Shown here one piece after another: positions 1 through 9,272 of a stretch of 64,000 nucleotides of DNA. Position numbers and translations under genes: made by a program. The first letter of the stretch is position 1. Every line of letters starts with the position of its first letter. This DNA comes from Candidatus Aldehydirespirator sp. (GTDB taxonomy: Bacteria; Actinomycetota; Acidimicrobiia; Acidimicrobiales; Aldehydirespiratoraceae): the NCBI GenBank assembly GCA_965248735.1, contig OZ252146.1, positions 1,764,154-1,828,153 of the forward strand. Direction: 5' to 3'. The notes beneath the pieces are model-generated. The model searched no databases, was not told where the DNA came from, and worked only from the letters and a program-made list of their open reading frames with translations.

Positions 1-164
1 CCGCTGCCGCCTGCGTCGCCGCCTACTGGGGAACTGCAGCCCGGCGCGAGCACCGACACCGCGGCCAGCGCCATCGCCCACCGTCGAGTCCGGCCCCGGT
101 GGCAGTCACCGGTGAGGCTGCCCGCCGCCATAGGGGCCGAATCTACTTTGGGACCGCTCGGATG

Positions 165-245
165 GGTTGCCGCCTCGCGATGGAGCATCTCGTTTCCCGC
201 TCCTGTTCGCTGCGCTCACGGGCAGCTCGGGCCTACTCGACCGAA
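165..245 (-). repeat. Intergenic repeat family, copy A (reverse-complement orientation relative to copies B and C)
   Basis: 192-233 GTTTCCCGCTCCTGTTCGCTGCGCTCACGGGCAGCTCGGGCC is the reverse complement of the core at 13837-13878 (2 mismatches by my count) and 5340-5381. It lies upstream of the MscS gene, outside any convincing CDS. Confidence 0.75.
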
Positions 246-389
246 ATCAGTAGAGAAACTCGTCATATAGGAGCAATACTCGTGCAGATTTGAGGCGAGC
301 TTGACGTAGAGCTACTCACGGGCCACTCGGGCCACGGCCTCGCTTCCGCTCGGCCTCTGGGCCGTGATCGGGGGCCGTTCCCCTAGGGT

Positions 390-1499
390 GTGGCGATGCT
401 CGCACTTGCTCAGACATCCACCGGACTCGCAGACGCCTGCGGCGAGACGAACCGCGGCTTCGTCTGCGAGCGGGTCTACGACTGGACCGAGAACGGTGGT
501 CTGGCCACCGCGGCCGACTGGATGCTCGACCGGCCCATACGCATCGCGCTCATCCTGGTGGTGGCGTGGATCGTCACCCGGTTCGCCAAGCGGGCCATCG
601 TGCGGTTCACCAAGCGCATTGCCTCGGCGTCGAGCGACTCGCGCCTGCACAAGCTGCGCGAGAAGGGTCCGGGCCGGGTGCTGGTCGACGATGTGGCCCG
701 GGCCCGGGCCGAGTCGCGGGCCGAGACGCTCGGACACGTGCTGCGCAGCATTGTGGTGGCATTGGTGTGGACGTTCGCGGTGCTGATAGTGCTGGGCGAG
801 ATCGGCGTGAACCTCGGTCCGCTGATCGCGGGCGCGGGCATCGGCGGCGTGGCGCTGGGCTTCGGAGCCCAGTCGATCGTGAAGGACTTCCTGTCGGGTC
901 TGTTCATGCTGATCGAGGACCACTACGGGGTGGGCGACTGGGTCGACCTGGGCTACGCCTCCGGCACCGTTGAGGAGGTGTCGCTGCGGTCCACCACAAT
1001 CCGAGACATCAAAGGCACCGTGTGGCACATCCCCAACGGCGAGATCGCCCGGGTCGGCAACTTCTCGCAGCTTTGGGCGAAGGCTCTGGTCGACATCGAG
1101 GTGTCTTATGACACGGATGTCCGCGTCGCGATGGGGGTGATGCAGCGGGTGGCCGATGAACTCTGGAACGATCCGGAGTGGGGTGGCGACGAAGTCTCCG
1201 AGGCGCCGGCGGTCTTTGGCATTCAGAGCCTGGGCGCGTCCGGTGTCGGCCTTCGGTTGTCGGTGAAGACCGAGCCGTCGATGCAGTGGGCCGTGGAGCG
1301 CGAGATTCGCTTGCGCCTCAAGGAGGCCTTCGACGAGGCCGGCATCGAGATCCCGTTCCCGCAGCAGACCGTGTGGTTCGGCGACCAGAGCGGCCAGTCC
1401 GCCTCCACACTGTCCGAGGCCGAGCAGGCCGCCTTCCGGGCGCTCCACGAGGCGCAGCACGGCCCGAGACCCGAAGACGTATTGGAAGACGACTGCTAG
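390..1499 (+). CDS. Small-conductance mechanosensitive channel (MscS family)
   Basis: 369-aa ORF with N-terminal TM helices and an MscS-type core (GAQSIVKDFLSGLFMLIEDHYGVGDWVDLG, GTVEEVSLRSTTIRD, WHIPNGEI). GTG start at 390. Confidence 0.9.
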   Translation: MAMLALAQTSTGLADACGETNRGFVCERVYDWTENGGLATAADWMLDRPIRIALILVVAWIVTRFAKRAIVRFTKRIASASSDSRLHKLREKGPGRVLVDDVARARAESRAETLGHVLRSIVVALVWTFAVLIVLGEIGVNLGPLIAGAGIGGVALGFGAQSIVKDFLSGLFMLIEDHYGVGDWVDLGYASGTVEEVSLRSTTIRDIKGTVWHIPNGEIARVGNFSQLWAKALVDIEVSYDTDVRVAMGVMQRVADELWNDPEWGGDEVSEAPAVFGIQSLGASGVGLRLSVKTEPSMQWAVEREIRLRLKEAFDEAGIEIPFPQQTVWFGDQSGQSASTLSEAEQAAFRALHEAQHGPRPEDVLEDDC

Positions 1500-1584
1500 C
1501 CGCTCGCCGAGGCGGGCACAGACCAGGCGCTCAGAGGCCGACCCTCACACGAGGCCGATGAACGGGGTTAACGAACGCAACCCC

Positions 1585-1620
1585 TTGACAGCGCATATTT
1601 GTAAGGTAATGTTACTAACA
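1585..1620 (+). promoter_or_regulatory. Putative sigma-70-type promoter with a short imperfect palindrome (possible ROK-repressor operator) upstream of the ROK regulator gene
   Basis: TTGACA at 1585-1590, 16-nt spacer, TAATGT at 1607-1612. AGGTAA-TG-TTACTA at 1604-1617. AT-rich patch in a GC-rich context. The start codon at 1623 implies a leaderless or very short-leader transcript. Confidence 0.4.
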
Positions 1621-1622
1621 AT

Positions 1623-2816
1623 ATGGCGGAGGGGTCAGGTTCGGGCGTTCTGAGACTGCTCAGCGGGCAGCGGACAATCGACGCCCTGTTCGCCGCGCAT
1701 CCCCGGCGGATGTCTCGCGCCGGCATCGCTCGCGTCAGCGGCCTGTCGAAGCCCACCGTGTCGGCCCTGATGGCTGATATGGAATCGGCCGGACTGGTGC
1801 GCGTCGCGGACGAAAGCCCCCTGTCGGGATCCATCGGACGTCCGGCCGCCCTCTACGAGTTGGTCCCCGCCGCCCGGCACTCGGTGGTGGCCGACATCGG
1901 CGCCACGAAGATTCTCGTTGGCGTATGCGACCTGTTCGGCAACCTTGTCGCTGAGCGGGAGCTGGAGACGGGCCCCGACGCCCGGGCTGCGCTGGAGCAT
2001 CTCATCGATGCGGCGTCGGAGATGCTCCGAGACATCGACGGTCCGTGCCGCGCGGTGTGCGTCGGCGTGCCCGGCATCTACCGGCCCGACCGCGACCGCG
2101 TCGAGCAGGCGTTCAATCTCCCGGGCTTCGACAGCCTGGCGCTGCATGCCTGTCTCACCGAGCGACTCGACGGCCGTGTCCACGTGGAGAATGACGTCAA
2201 CCTGGCCGCGCTCGGCGAACTGACCGAGCTGGGCGACGACCAGTCCGACGGGGACTTCGCGGCCATCTCCATCGGCACGGGCATCGGCCTGGGGATGGTG
2301 GTGGGCGGAGACCTCTACCGGGGTGGCACCGGGTCGGCAGGCGAGCTGGGCTCCCTGCTGCTGACTGTGCCCGAGCCGGGTGCGGCGCCGGTGACGCTCG
2401 AGGATGTGGCGTCGGCGCCGTCGATCCGCAAGCGGTTCGGGCGGGCCATCGAGGGCGGCCATCGCTCGGGCCTGGACGCGAGCGCCGATGTTCCGGAGAT
2501 CTTCGGGGCGGCGGAGACCGGCGACACCGCCGCGGCTGCCGCGCTGGACGAGGCCGCGGCAGCGATGGCGCTGGCGGTGTCGCACCTCTGTCTGATCGCC
2601 GACCCGACGCGCATCGTGTTCGGCGGTGGAGTGGGGGCAAACCCGGTGTTCGTGGACGCCGTCCGGGACCGCCTGGCCCGGCTCGTGGCCACGCCGCCGG
2701 AGCTGGCTGCCTCCACCCTTGGCCGCCGGGCGGCGCTGGTGGGAGCGGTGTCGATGTCGCTGCGGTTCGTCCGCGAGTCCCTCGTCGCGGAGATCCTCGG
2801 AGACCAGCAACGATGA
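1623..2816 (+). CDS. ROK-family transcriptional regulator (NagC/XylR-like: N-terminal wHTH plus ROK sugar-binding domain)
   Basis: 397 aa. N-terminal wHTH (MSRAGIARVSGLSKPTVSALMADMESAGLV) followed by an actin-fold ROK domain (VVADIGATKILVGVCD, ENDVNLAALGE). ATGA overlap with the next gene at 2813-2816. Confidence 0.85.
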   Translation: MAEGSGSGVLRLLSGQRTIDALFAAHPRRMSRAGIARVSGLSKPTVSALMADMESAGLVRVADESPLSGSIGRPAALYELVPAARHSVVADIGATKILVGVCDLFGNLVAERELETGPDARAALEHLIDAASEMLRDIDGPCRAVCVGVPGIYRPDRDRVEQAFNLPGFDSLALHACLTERLDGRVHVENDVNLAALGELTELGDDQSDGDFAAISIGTGIGLGMVVGGDLYRGGTGSAGELGSLLLTVPEPGAAPVTLEDVASAPSIRKRFGRAIEGGHRSGLDASADVPEIFGAAETGDTAAAAALDEAAAAMALAVSHLCLIADPTRIVFGGGVGANPVFVDAVRDRLARLVATPPELAASTLGRRAALVGAVSMSLRFVRESLVAEILGDQQR

Positions 2817-4060
2817 GCGCCGCGGCGCGGGTCGCAGCCGCAGTCGACGGTGAAGCGGTGGTGGAGCTCGTTCGCGAGGCCACCCGGATCCCGAGCGTCA
2901 CCCCTCACGAGGAGGCCTTCGCCCGCTGGGTTTGGCGCCGGATGGATGAGTCCGAGGCGTTCGACACCGCCGACCTCGCCGAGTGTGAGCCGGGCCGGCC
3001 CAACGTGTGCGGCGCGGCCGGAGGCGGTGCCGGGCGCTCGCTGCTGCTGGCCGGCCATCTCGACACGGTCGCCACCGACGACTGGTCCCAGCATTGGGGG
3101 GGCACCGACCGGGAGGACCCCTTCGGCGCCCACATGATCGACGGCGAGATATGGGGCCGGGGAGTCGCCGACCAGAAGGCAGGGATCTGCGCTGTCATCG
3201 AGGCGATCCGGGCCTTTGAGCGGGCAGGACTGAAGCCCGGCGGCAGGGTGTCGACGCTGTTCGTCTGCGACGAGGAGTCGGGTCAGCCCGGCAGCGGCGT
3301 CTCGGCCGGAATGCGAGCCGCCGTCGAAGGCCGCGCTGGTCCTCGTCCTGCCGCCGACTTCGCCATCTACACCGAGCCGACCACCTCTGCGATCTACACC
3401 GCGCAGATGGGCTTCCTCATTGCCGACATCGCCTACACGGGCGTCTCCGCCTACTTCGGCCGGCCCGAACTCGGCGTCGACGCCCTGCGGGCCGGGCACC
3501 GCCTGCTCGACCGGCTGTGGGAGCACTCCGACCAGCTGCGGGAATCGGTGCCTGCCCATGAGCTGCTGGGAGAGGCCTTCCTGCTGGTCACCTCGGTCAC
3601 CTCCGGTGGCAACATCGCGGTGCCGGGCCGCTTCGAACTGTCGCTGATCCGCAAGGTCCTGCCCGGCGAGAGCCTCGACGCCGCAGCCGAGCACATACGC
3701 GCCATCGCCGCCGCGGTTGCCGACGAGCACGGCGTGGACTGCGCCGTGGAGTTCAGCGCACCCCGGGACCACCCGTTCGGCGGCACGCCCGACGAGATTG
3801 CGGCCGACCATCCAGGAGTGGCTGCGCTGGCCCGGTCGATCGAGGCGGTGACCGGCGAACCCGCCCGGATCGAGGGAGCGCCGTACTGGTCGGAGAAGCC
3901 GTTCCTGCGGGACCTGCAGATACCCGGCGTGTACTTCGCCCCCGGCGACATCTCCAACTGCCACACCCCCTTCGAGCGGCTCGCCATCGGCGAGCTGGTG
4001 ATTGCCACCCGGACCCTCGCGCACTTCATCGCCCAATGGTGCGGTGCCCACGATCCATAA
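2813..4060 (+). CDS. M20-family metallohydrolase (ArgE/DapE/acetylornithine deacetylase-like deacylase)
   Basis: 415 aa with M20 signatures (LLLAGHLDTV, GRGVADQKAG, CDEESG). Translationally coupled to the ROK regulator. Confidence 0.8.
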   Translation: MSAAARVAAAVDGEAVVELVREATRIPSVTPHEEAFARWVWRRMDESEAFDTADLAECEPGRPNVCGAAGGGAGRSLLLAGHLDTVATDDWSQHWGGTDREDPFGAHMIDGEIWGRGVADQKAGICAVIEAIRAFERAGLKPGGRVSTLFVCDEESGQPGSGVSAGMRAAVEGRAGPRPAADFAIYTEPTTSAIYTAQMGFLIADIAYTGVSAYFGRPELGVDALRAGHRLLDRLWEHSDQLRESVPAHELLGEAFLLVTSVTSGGNIAVPGRFELSLIRKVLPGESLDAAAEHIRAIAAAVADEHGVDCAVEFSAPRDHPFGGTPDEIAADHPGVAALARSIEAVTGEPARIEGAPYWSEKPFLRDLQIPGVYFAPGDISNCHTPFERLAIGELVIATRTLAHFIAQWCGAHDP

Positions 4061-4083
4061 ACCGGACCCAAAAGGGAGGGGTC

Positions 4084-5280
4084 ATGACAACCAAATACAA
4101 GAAGCCCAAGTGGCTGCTGATTGCGTCGATGCTGGCGGTGTTCGCGGTCTTTGCCGCCTCGTGCGGCGACGATGACGACGGCGCGTCACCGGCGACCACC
4201 ACAGCCGCGCCTACGACCTCAGCCGCGGCGACCACCACGGCTGCGCCTACGACAGCCGCGCCTGAGCCGGCGCCTGAGCCGCCCAAGACCCAGGGACCGG
4301 GAGGCGAGGAGGCCGTGGCGTCCAGCGAGATCACGCTGAGCGACGCCGAGGTCGCCGAGGTGCAGGCGGGCGGTTACACGGCCGCCCTGCTTTGGCACAC
4401 CGCAGGCGCGTTCACCGACGCGGTGAGCCAGGGCGCCCGCGATGCCTTCGAGGAGCTCGGGATCGAGGTCGTCGCCGAGACCAACGCCGACTTCGACGCG
4501 GCCCAGCAGGCCAACGACGTGGAGACGGTCATGGCCCAGAGCCCCGACATCATCATCAGCCTGGCCATCGGCCCCGACGCGGGCGCCGAGGCGTTCCGCC
4601 CGGCGGTCGACGCGGGCGTGCAACTCGTTTTCCTGTCGAATGTGCCCCAGGGCTACGTGCACGGCCAGGACTACGTGGGCATCGTCACCGACGACCTGGC
4701 CGCCATGGGCATCACCGCCGCCAACCTGCTCGCCGACGCGCTCGGCGGCGAGGGCGAGGTCGGCTATATCTTCCACGACGCCGCCTACTACGTCACCAAC
4801 CAGCGCGACCAGGCCTTCAAGGCCTGGATCGAGATCAACTATCCCGGCATAGAGATCGTCGCCGAGCAGGGCTTGGCCGACCCGGCCGCCGCGGAGGAGA
4901 TCGCCTCGGCGATGCTGACCCGCAATCCCGATCTCGACGGCATCTACGCCCCGTGGTCGGCGGGTCCGGCCGACGGCGTCCTTGCCGCGCTGCGAGCCGC
5001 GGGCGCCTCCGATGTGGCCCTCGTGACCATGGACCTCGACACCAACGTGTCGCTCGACCTGGTGGAGGGCGGGAACGTCGTGGGCATAGCCGCCGACGAG
5101 GCCTACAACCTCGGCCGCACCATGGCCATCGAGGGCGCCTACGGGCTGCTCGGAAAGCCTGCTCCGGCGTTCGCGGTAGTGCCGGCCATCGGCGTCACCG
5201 CCGACAACATCGTCGAGGGCTACCGCCAGTCGCTGGTCGCAGAACCGCCTCAAGAGGTTCTCGACGCCCTCGGCGGCTAG
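4084..5280 (+). CDS. Sugar ABC transporter substrate-binding lipoprotein (periplasmic-binding-protein type I, ribose/xylose-like)
   Basis: ATG at 4084 preceded by AAAGGGAGGGG. Lipobox LAVFAASCG followed by an Ala/Thr/Pro linker, then a PBP fold. The ORF-track start at 4036 overlaps the M20 gene and lacks an RBS. Confidence 0.85.
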   Translation: MTTKYKKPKWLLIASMLAVFAVFAASCGDDDDGASPATTTAAPTTSAAATTTAAPTTAAPEPAPEPPKTQGPGGEEAVASSEITLSDAEVAEVQAGGYTAALLWHTAGAFTDAVSQGARDAFEELGIEVVAETNADFDAAQQANDVETVMAQSPDIIISLAIGPDAGAEAFRPAVDAGVQLVFLSNVPQGYVHGQDYVGIVTDDLAAMGITAANLLADALGGEGEVGYIFHDAAYYVTNQRDQAFKAWIEINYPGIEIVAEQGLADPAAAEEIASAMLTRNPDLDGIYAPWSAGPADGVLAALRAAGASDVALVTMDLDTNVSLDLVEGGNVVGIAADEAYNLGRTMAIEGAYGLLGKPAPAFAVVPAIGVTADNIVEGYRQSLVAEPPQEVLDALGG

Positions 5281-5282
5281 GA

Positions 5283-5400
5283 GGCCGAGCGGATAGACCG
5301 CAGTTCGTGAGGATCTCGCGAGGCACTGAGCGAGGCCGTGGCCCGAGCGGCCCGTGAGCGAAGCGAACAAGAGCGGGAGACAAGGTGCTTCACCGCGAGG
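5283..5400 (+). repeat. Intergenic repeat family, copy B
   Basis: Starts GGCCGAGCGGAT 3 nt after the stop at 5280. Core GGCCCGAGCGGCCCGTGAGCGAAGCGAACAAGAGCGGGAGAC at 5340-5381. About 105 bp alignable with copy C. Confidence 0.8.
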
Positions 5401-5505
5401 TGTTGGATCCATTGGTGCTGCCTCAGAGGCAGACTGCCCGAAGCTTCGGCGGCGGTCCCGGGTTGAGCCGCCGCCGGGGCCGAGGGCAAGCTGGATGAGG
5501 AATCG

Positions 5506-6507
5506 ATGACCGAAGACTCCGCCGCGGCCGGGCTGCTGCCTGCTGCCGCCCACCGATGGCTGGCACGGCGGCGCCGGGACGTGGGGCTGCGCCCGTACGT
5601 GGTGTACGTCGCCGCGTTGCTCATCTTCGCTCTGTTCGCGGTGATCCTGCGAGACGACGGGTTCCTCACGGCCTCCAACCTCCTCAACATCGGTCGGCAG
5701 GCGGCCCCGATAGCGGTGATGGCGGTGGGTATGGCCTTCGCTCTGGCCGCGGCGGAGATCGACCTGTCGGTCGGATCGATCGCGGCCCTCTCGTCGCTGG
5801 TGGCGGCCGAGGCGGTGGGCAGCTACGGGTTCGCGGCCGGTGTGGCCGCGGCCTTGGCGGTCGGAGCCGCCATCGGGCTTGTCAACGGCGTGATCACCGT
5901 GAAGGTGCGCATCCCGTCGTTCCTCGTGACCTTGGGGATGCTCGGCATCGTCAGCGGCATCGCCCGCAACATGAACAATCTGCAGTCGCTGCCGATTCGA
6001 AACGACACCTTCCTGGCCGTCTTCGGCGCCGGATCGGTGGGGCCGATCTCATCGCTGCTGATCTGGACCGCCGTAGTCGGCCTGATCGGGCATCTCGTGC
6101 TGCACCAACTGCGCTGGGGCCGCCATGTGCTGTCGGTGGGCGCCGACCGCGCCGCAGCAGGAGCGCTCGGCATCAACACCGCCCGCATACGCATCACCGC
6201 GCTGATGACCAGCGCGGCCGCGGCCTCGTTCGCGGGCGTGCTGCTGGCGGGCCGGCTGGCCATCGGGCGTCACGATCTGGGCGAGAACCTGCTGCTCACC
6301 GTGATCGCGGCCGTGGTCATCGGCGGCACCAAGCTGTTCGGCGGCCGAGCCTCGGTAGCCGGCGCGATAGCTGGGTCGGTGGTGATGGCCATGCTCAACA
6401 ACGGGCTGATCCTGATGGGCCTTCGGGTCGCGGATCAGCTGATCGCACGGGGCGTGATCATCATCTTGGCGGTGGCCCTGAGCATGCGAGAGCAGAAGGA
6501 GACCTGA
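5506..6507 (+). CDS. Sugar ABC transporter permease (RbsC/XylH-like, BPD type 2)
   Basis: 333 aa, polytopic membrane protein with typical RbsC-like segments (GRQAAPIAVMAVGMAFALAAAEIDLSVGS, VVIGGTKLFGGRASVAG). Confidence 0.9.
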   Translation: MTEDSAAAGLLPAAAHRWLARRRRDVGLRPYVVYVAALLIFALFAVILRDDGFLTASNLLNIGRQAAPIAVMAVGMAFALAAAEIDLSVGSIAALSSLVAAEAVGSYGFAAGVAAALAVGAAIGLVNGVITVKVRIPSFLVTLGMLGIVSGIARNMNNLQSLPIRNDTFLAVFGAGSVGPISSLLIWTAVVGLIGHLVLHQLRWGRHVLSVGADRAAAGALGINTARIRITALMTSAAAASFAGVLLAGRLAIGRHDLGENLLLTVIAAVVIGGTKLFGGRASVAGAIAGSVVMAMLNNGLILMGLRVADQLIARGVIIILAVALSMREQKET

Positions 6508-6508
6508 C

Positions 6509-7717
6509 GTGTTTCTCCGGTCGTTGCTGGGGCGCAGCCCGCAGTTCGTGCAGGCCGCCGTCGAGCTTCATCAGGCGGGTCAGATCCCGGCCAACAGCTG
6601 CGTTCTCGACCTCGACGCGATCGAGGCCAACACGGCCGGGCTGTGCCGGCAGGCCCACCGGCTGGGCCTCACCGTCTACGCCATGACCAAGCAGATTGGC
6701 CGGGCCCCGGGGGCGCTGGCGGCCATGACCTCCGGCGGCGTCGACGGCTTCGTGGCGGTGGACATGGCCTGCGCCCGACCGATCGTCCGGGAGGGCCACA
6801 ACCTCGGCCACCTCGGTCATCTGGTGCAGGTCCCCCGGGCCGAGGCCGCCGACGCGGCCGGGCTTGAACCCGACTACTGGACCGTGTTCTCCGAGAACAA
6901 GGCCGCGGAGGCCTCGGCCGCGGCCCACCGCGTCGGACGGTCCCAGAGGCTGCTGGTCCGGGTGTTTGCTGACGGCGACGACTTCTACCCCGGCCACGAG
7001 GGCGGTGTCGCGCTGCACGACCTGCCCGCCATGATCGACCGCATCGCCGGACTGGCCGGAGCGGAGTTCGCCGGGCTCACCACCTTCCCGGCCCTGCTGT
7101 TCGACGCGGCCTCGGGCGGGGCCCGCATCACCCCCAACGTCGAAACCCTGGCCCGGGCCGCGGAGATCGCCCGCCGCCACCCGACCTGCCCGCAGACGCT
7201 GGAGATCAACGCGCCGGGCACCACCTCCACTGAGGTGCTCGGGTTGCTGGCCGAGTCCGGTGCCACCCAGGTTGAGCCCGGTCACGGGCTCACCGGAACC
7301 ACGCCCCTGCATGCGGTGCAGGATCTTCCCGAGCAGCCCGCGGTGCTCTACCTCAGCGAGGTGGCCCATGTCCACCAGGGGGTGCCGCTCTGCTTCGGAG
7401 GGGGGCTGTACATCGACCCGGTGTTCGGCGACTACGGCGTGCGAGCGGTTGTCGCCCACGACCCGTCGGAGGTCTCGACGGAGCCCGTGCCGGTGGACAT
7501 GCCCGACCCTGGCGCCATCGACTACTACGCCAGGCTTCATCCCGGCGACGGTCGCCCAGTGGCCGAGGGCGCGACCGTAGTCTTCGGATTCCGGGTCCAG
7601 GCCTTCGTCACCAGGACGCTCGTGGCCGGCCTCAGCGGCGTGTCCCAGGGCCGGGCCCGGGTGGCGGGCGTGTGGAACGGCTTCGGCGACGAGGTCTCCG
7701 TCGGGGGTTCGTGGTGA
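6509..7717 (+). CDS. YhfX-like PLP-dependent enzyme (alanine-racemase N-terminal fold)
   Basis: 402 aa. The N-terminal half (AVELHQAGQIPANSCVLDLDAIEANT...VYAMTKQIGRAP...GHLGHLVQVP...FYPGHEGG) matches my recollection of E. coli YhfX-type proteins. It sits between the permease and ATPase genes. Confidence 0.6.
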   Translation: MFLRSLLGRSPQFVQAAVELHQAGQIPANSCVLDLDAIEANTAGLCRQAHRLGLTVYAMTKQIGRAPGALAAMTSGGVDGFVAVDMACARPIVREGHNLGHLGHLVQVPRAEAADAAGLEPDYWTVFSENKAAEASAAAHRVGRSQRLLVRVFADGDDFYPGHEGGVALHDLPAMIDRIAGLAGAEFAGLTTFPALLFDAASGGARITPNVETLARAAEIARRHPTCPQTLEINAPGTTSTEVLGLLAESGATQVEPGHGLTGTTPLHAVQDLPEQPAVLYLSEVAHVHQGVPLCFGGGLYIDPVFGDYGVRAVVAHDPSEVSTEPVPVDMPDPGAIDYYARLHPGDGRPVAEGATVVFGFRVQAFVTRTLVAGLSGVSQGRARVAGVWNGFGDEVSVGGSW

Positions 7718-8493
7718 GGGGAGCCGCCAGCGCCGCCGCGCTCGAGGTGGAGGGCCTGTGCAAGTCGTTCCGGGCGGTTCGGGCGCTCGACCATGTGGCG
7801 CTGAGCCTCCACTACGGCCGGGTCACGGCCCTGCTCGGCGACAACGGCGCAGGCAAGTCGACGCTGGTCAAGTGCATCTCCGGCGTGTATGCGCCCGACG
7901 CGGGAGTGGTCCGGGTCGACGGGACCGAGCAGTCCATCGTCTCGCCCGAGGCGGCCCGGTCGCTGGGCATCGAGACGGTCCATCAGACGCTGGCCGTGAT
8001 CGACCCCCTCGACGTGGTCGAGAACCTGTTCCTCAACCGCGAGCACACCCGGGGCGGTCGGCTCGGCGCGTGGCTCGGGGTGCTCGACAAGAAGCGCATG
8101 CGGGCCGAGTCCAACGAGATCCTCGGACGCCTCGACATCCGCATCCCGTCGCTGCGCCGGTCGATGAGCGCGCTGTCGGGCGGCCAGCGCCAGGCGGTGG
8201 CCATAGGCAGGGCGGCGGCCTGGGGCCAGCAGATCGTGCTGCTCGACGAGCCCGCCGCCGCGCTGGGCGTCGAGCAGGCGGCTCGGGTGCTCGACCTGAT
8301 CCGCAGCCTGCGCGACGCGGGCGTCGCGGTGCTGCTCATCACCCACAACATGGACCGCGTCACCGAGGTCTGCGATCGGGCCGTGGTGCTGCGCCAGGGC
8401 CGCAAGACCGCGGAGGTGGACGTGGCCGACGCGACCAAGGACGACCTCGTGGCCTATATCACCGGCGCCAGAACCGACGATCCCGAACCATGA
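7711..8493 (+). CDS. ABC transporter ATP-binding protein (single NBD)
   Basis: Walker A GDNGAGKST, signature LSGGQRQ, Walker B VLLDEP. GTG at 7711/7714 overlaps the upstream stop (GTGGTGA). Confidence 0.9.
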   Translation: MVRGAASAAALEVEGLCKSFRAVRALDHVALSLHYGRVTALLGDNGAGKSTLVKCISGVYAPDAGVVRVDGTEQSIVSPEAARSLGIETVHQTLAVIDPLDVVENLFLNREHTRGGRLGAWLGVLDKKRMRAESNEILGRLDIRIPSLRRSMSALSGGQRQAVAIGRAAAWGQQIVLLDEPAAALGVEQAARVLDLIRSLRDAGVAVLLITHNMDRVTEVCDRAVVLRQGRKTAEVDVADATKDDLVAYITGARTDDPEP

Positions 8494-9272
8494 GCGACGA
8501 GTCCAAGATGCAGCTTGGGATCGATGTCGGGGGCACCAGCATCAAAGGCGCGGTGGTCGATCTGAGCGCCGGCGAGCTGGCCGGGGGCATCCACACCGAG
8601 CCGACGCCGGCGACGGCCACGCCGGTCGACGTCGTGGCCGCGATCGGCCGGATCGCCGCCGCGGCGGCCTGGTCCGGCTCGGTTGGGGTGGCTCTGCCGG
8701 GGGTGATCGACGGGGCGTCACTGCGCCATGCCCCCAATCTGTCCAGCGTGTTCCAGGAGGATGCTGCGCTGGCGTGCCTGCGAGCCTCCGAAGGCGCCAA
8801 TGCCGTGCTCATCAACGACGCCGACGCAGCCGGGCTGGCCGAGCTGACCTACGGCGACGCCGGGCTCGACCGCGACGGGCTCACGATCGTGCTGACTTTC
8901 GGGACAGGCATCGGCAGCGCCCTGCTCCACAACGGCGATCTCATCGCCAACTCCGAGTTGGGGGGCCTCGTCGGCACCAACGGACGTTTCGAGGAGATCG
9001 CGTCGGGCAGGGCGATCTCCAACGAGGAGCTCTCACCGGTCGAGTGGGCCAGGCGGGCCCAGCCCTTCTTCGACGAGCTGGAGGCCATGCTCAACCCGTC
9101 GCGCTGGGTGGTGGGCGGCGGGCTGAGTGAGAACTTCGACCGGTTCGCGTCGAGGCTCAAGCTGTCGAAGCCCATCTCGGTGGCCCATCTCGGAGTCCAC
9201 GCCGGCATTGTCGGCGCGGCCGTGGCCGCTCGCCGTGCGGACCGCGGCTCGGGCGACGCCGCGGCGCGGTGA
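8490..9272 (+). CDS. ROK-family sugar kinase (polyphosphate glucokinase PpgK-like)
   Basis: 260 aa starting MSDESKMQLGIDVGGTSIKGAVVDL. ATGA overlap with the ATPase stop. Lacks an HTH domain. DADAAG and TFGTGIGSA motifs. Confidence 0.8.
   Translation: MSDESKMQLGIDVGGTSIKGAVVDLSAGELAGGIHTEPTPATATPVDVVAAIGRIAAAAAWSGSVGVALPGVIDGASLRHAPNLSSVFQEDAALACLRASEGANAVLINDADAAGLAELTYGDAGLDRDGLTIVLTFGTGIGSALLHNGDLIANSELGGLVGTNGRFEEIASGRAISNEELSPVEWARRAQPFFDELEAMLNPSRWVVGGGLSENFDRFASRLKLSKPISVAHLGVHAGIVGAAVAARRADRGSGDAAAR

Noticed and set aside
312-1460. Long antisense or out-of-frame ORFs opposite clearly homologous genes, for example 312-1460(-), 2315-4051(-), 15701-17203(-), 19228-21315(-), 23657-25855(-), 34828-36150(-), 12743-13885(-) and 37503-38723(-).
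   Set aside because: Their translations are Arg/Pro/Gly/Ala-rich low-complexity strings with no motifs, and they overlap genes with strong family signatures. This is the usual stop-codon-poor shadow ORF artefact of high-GC DNA.
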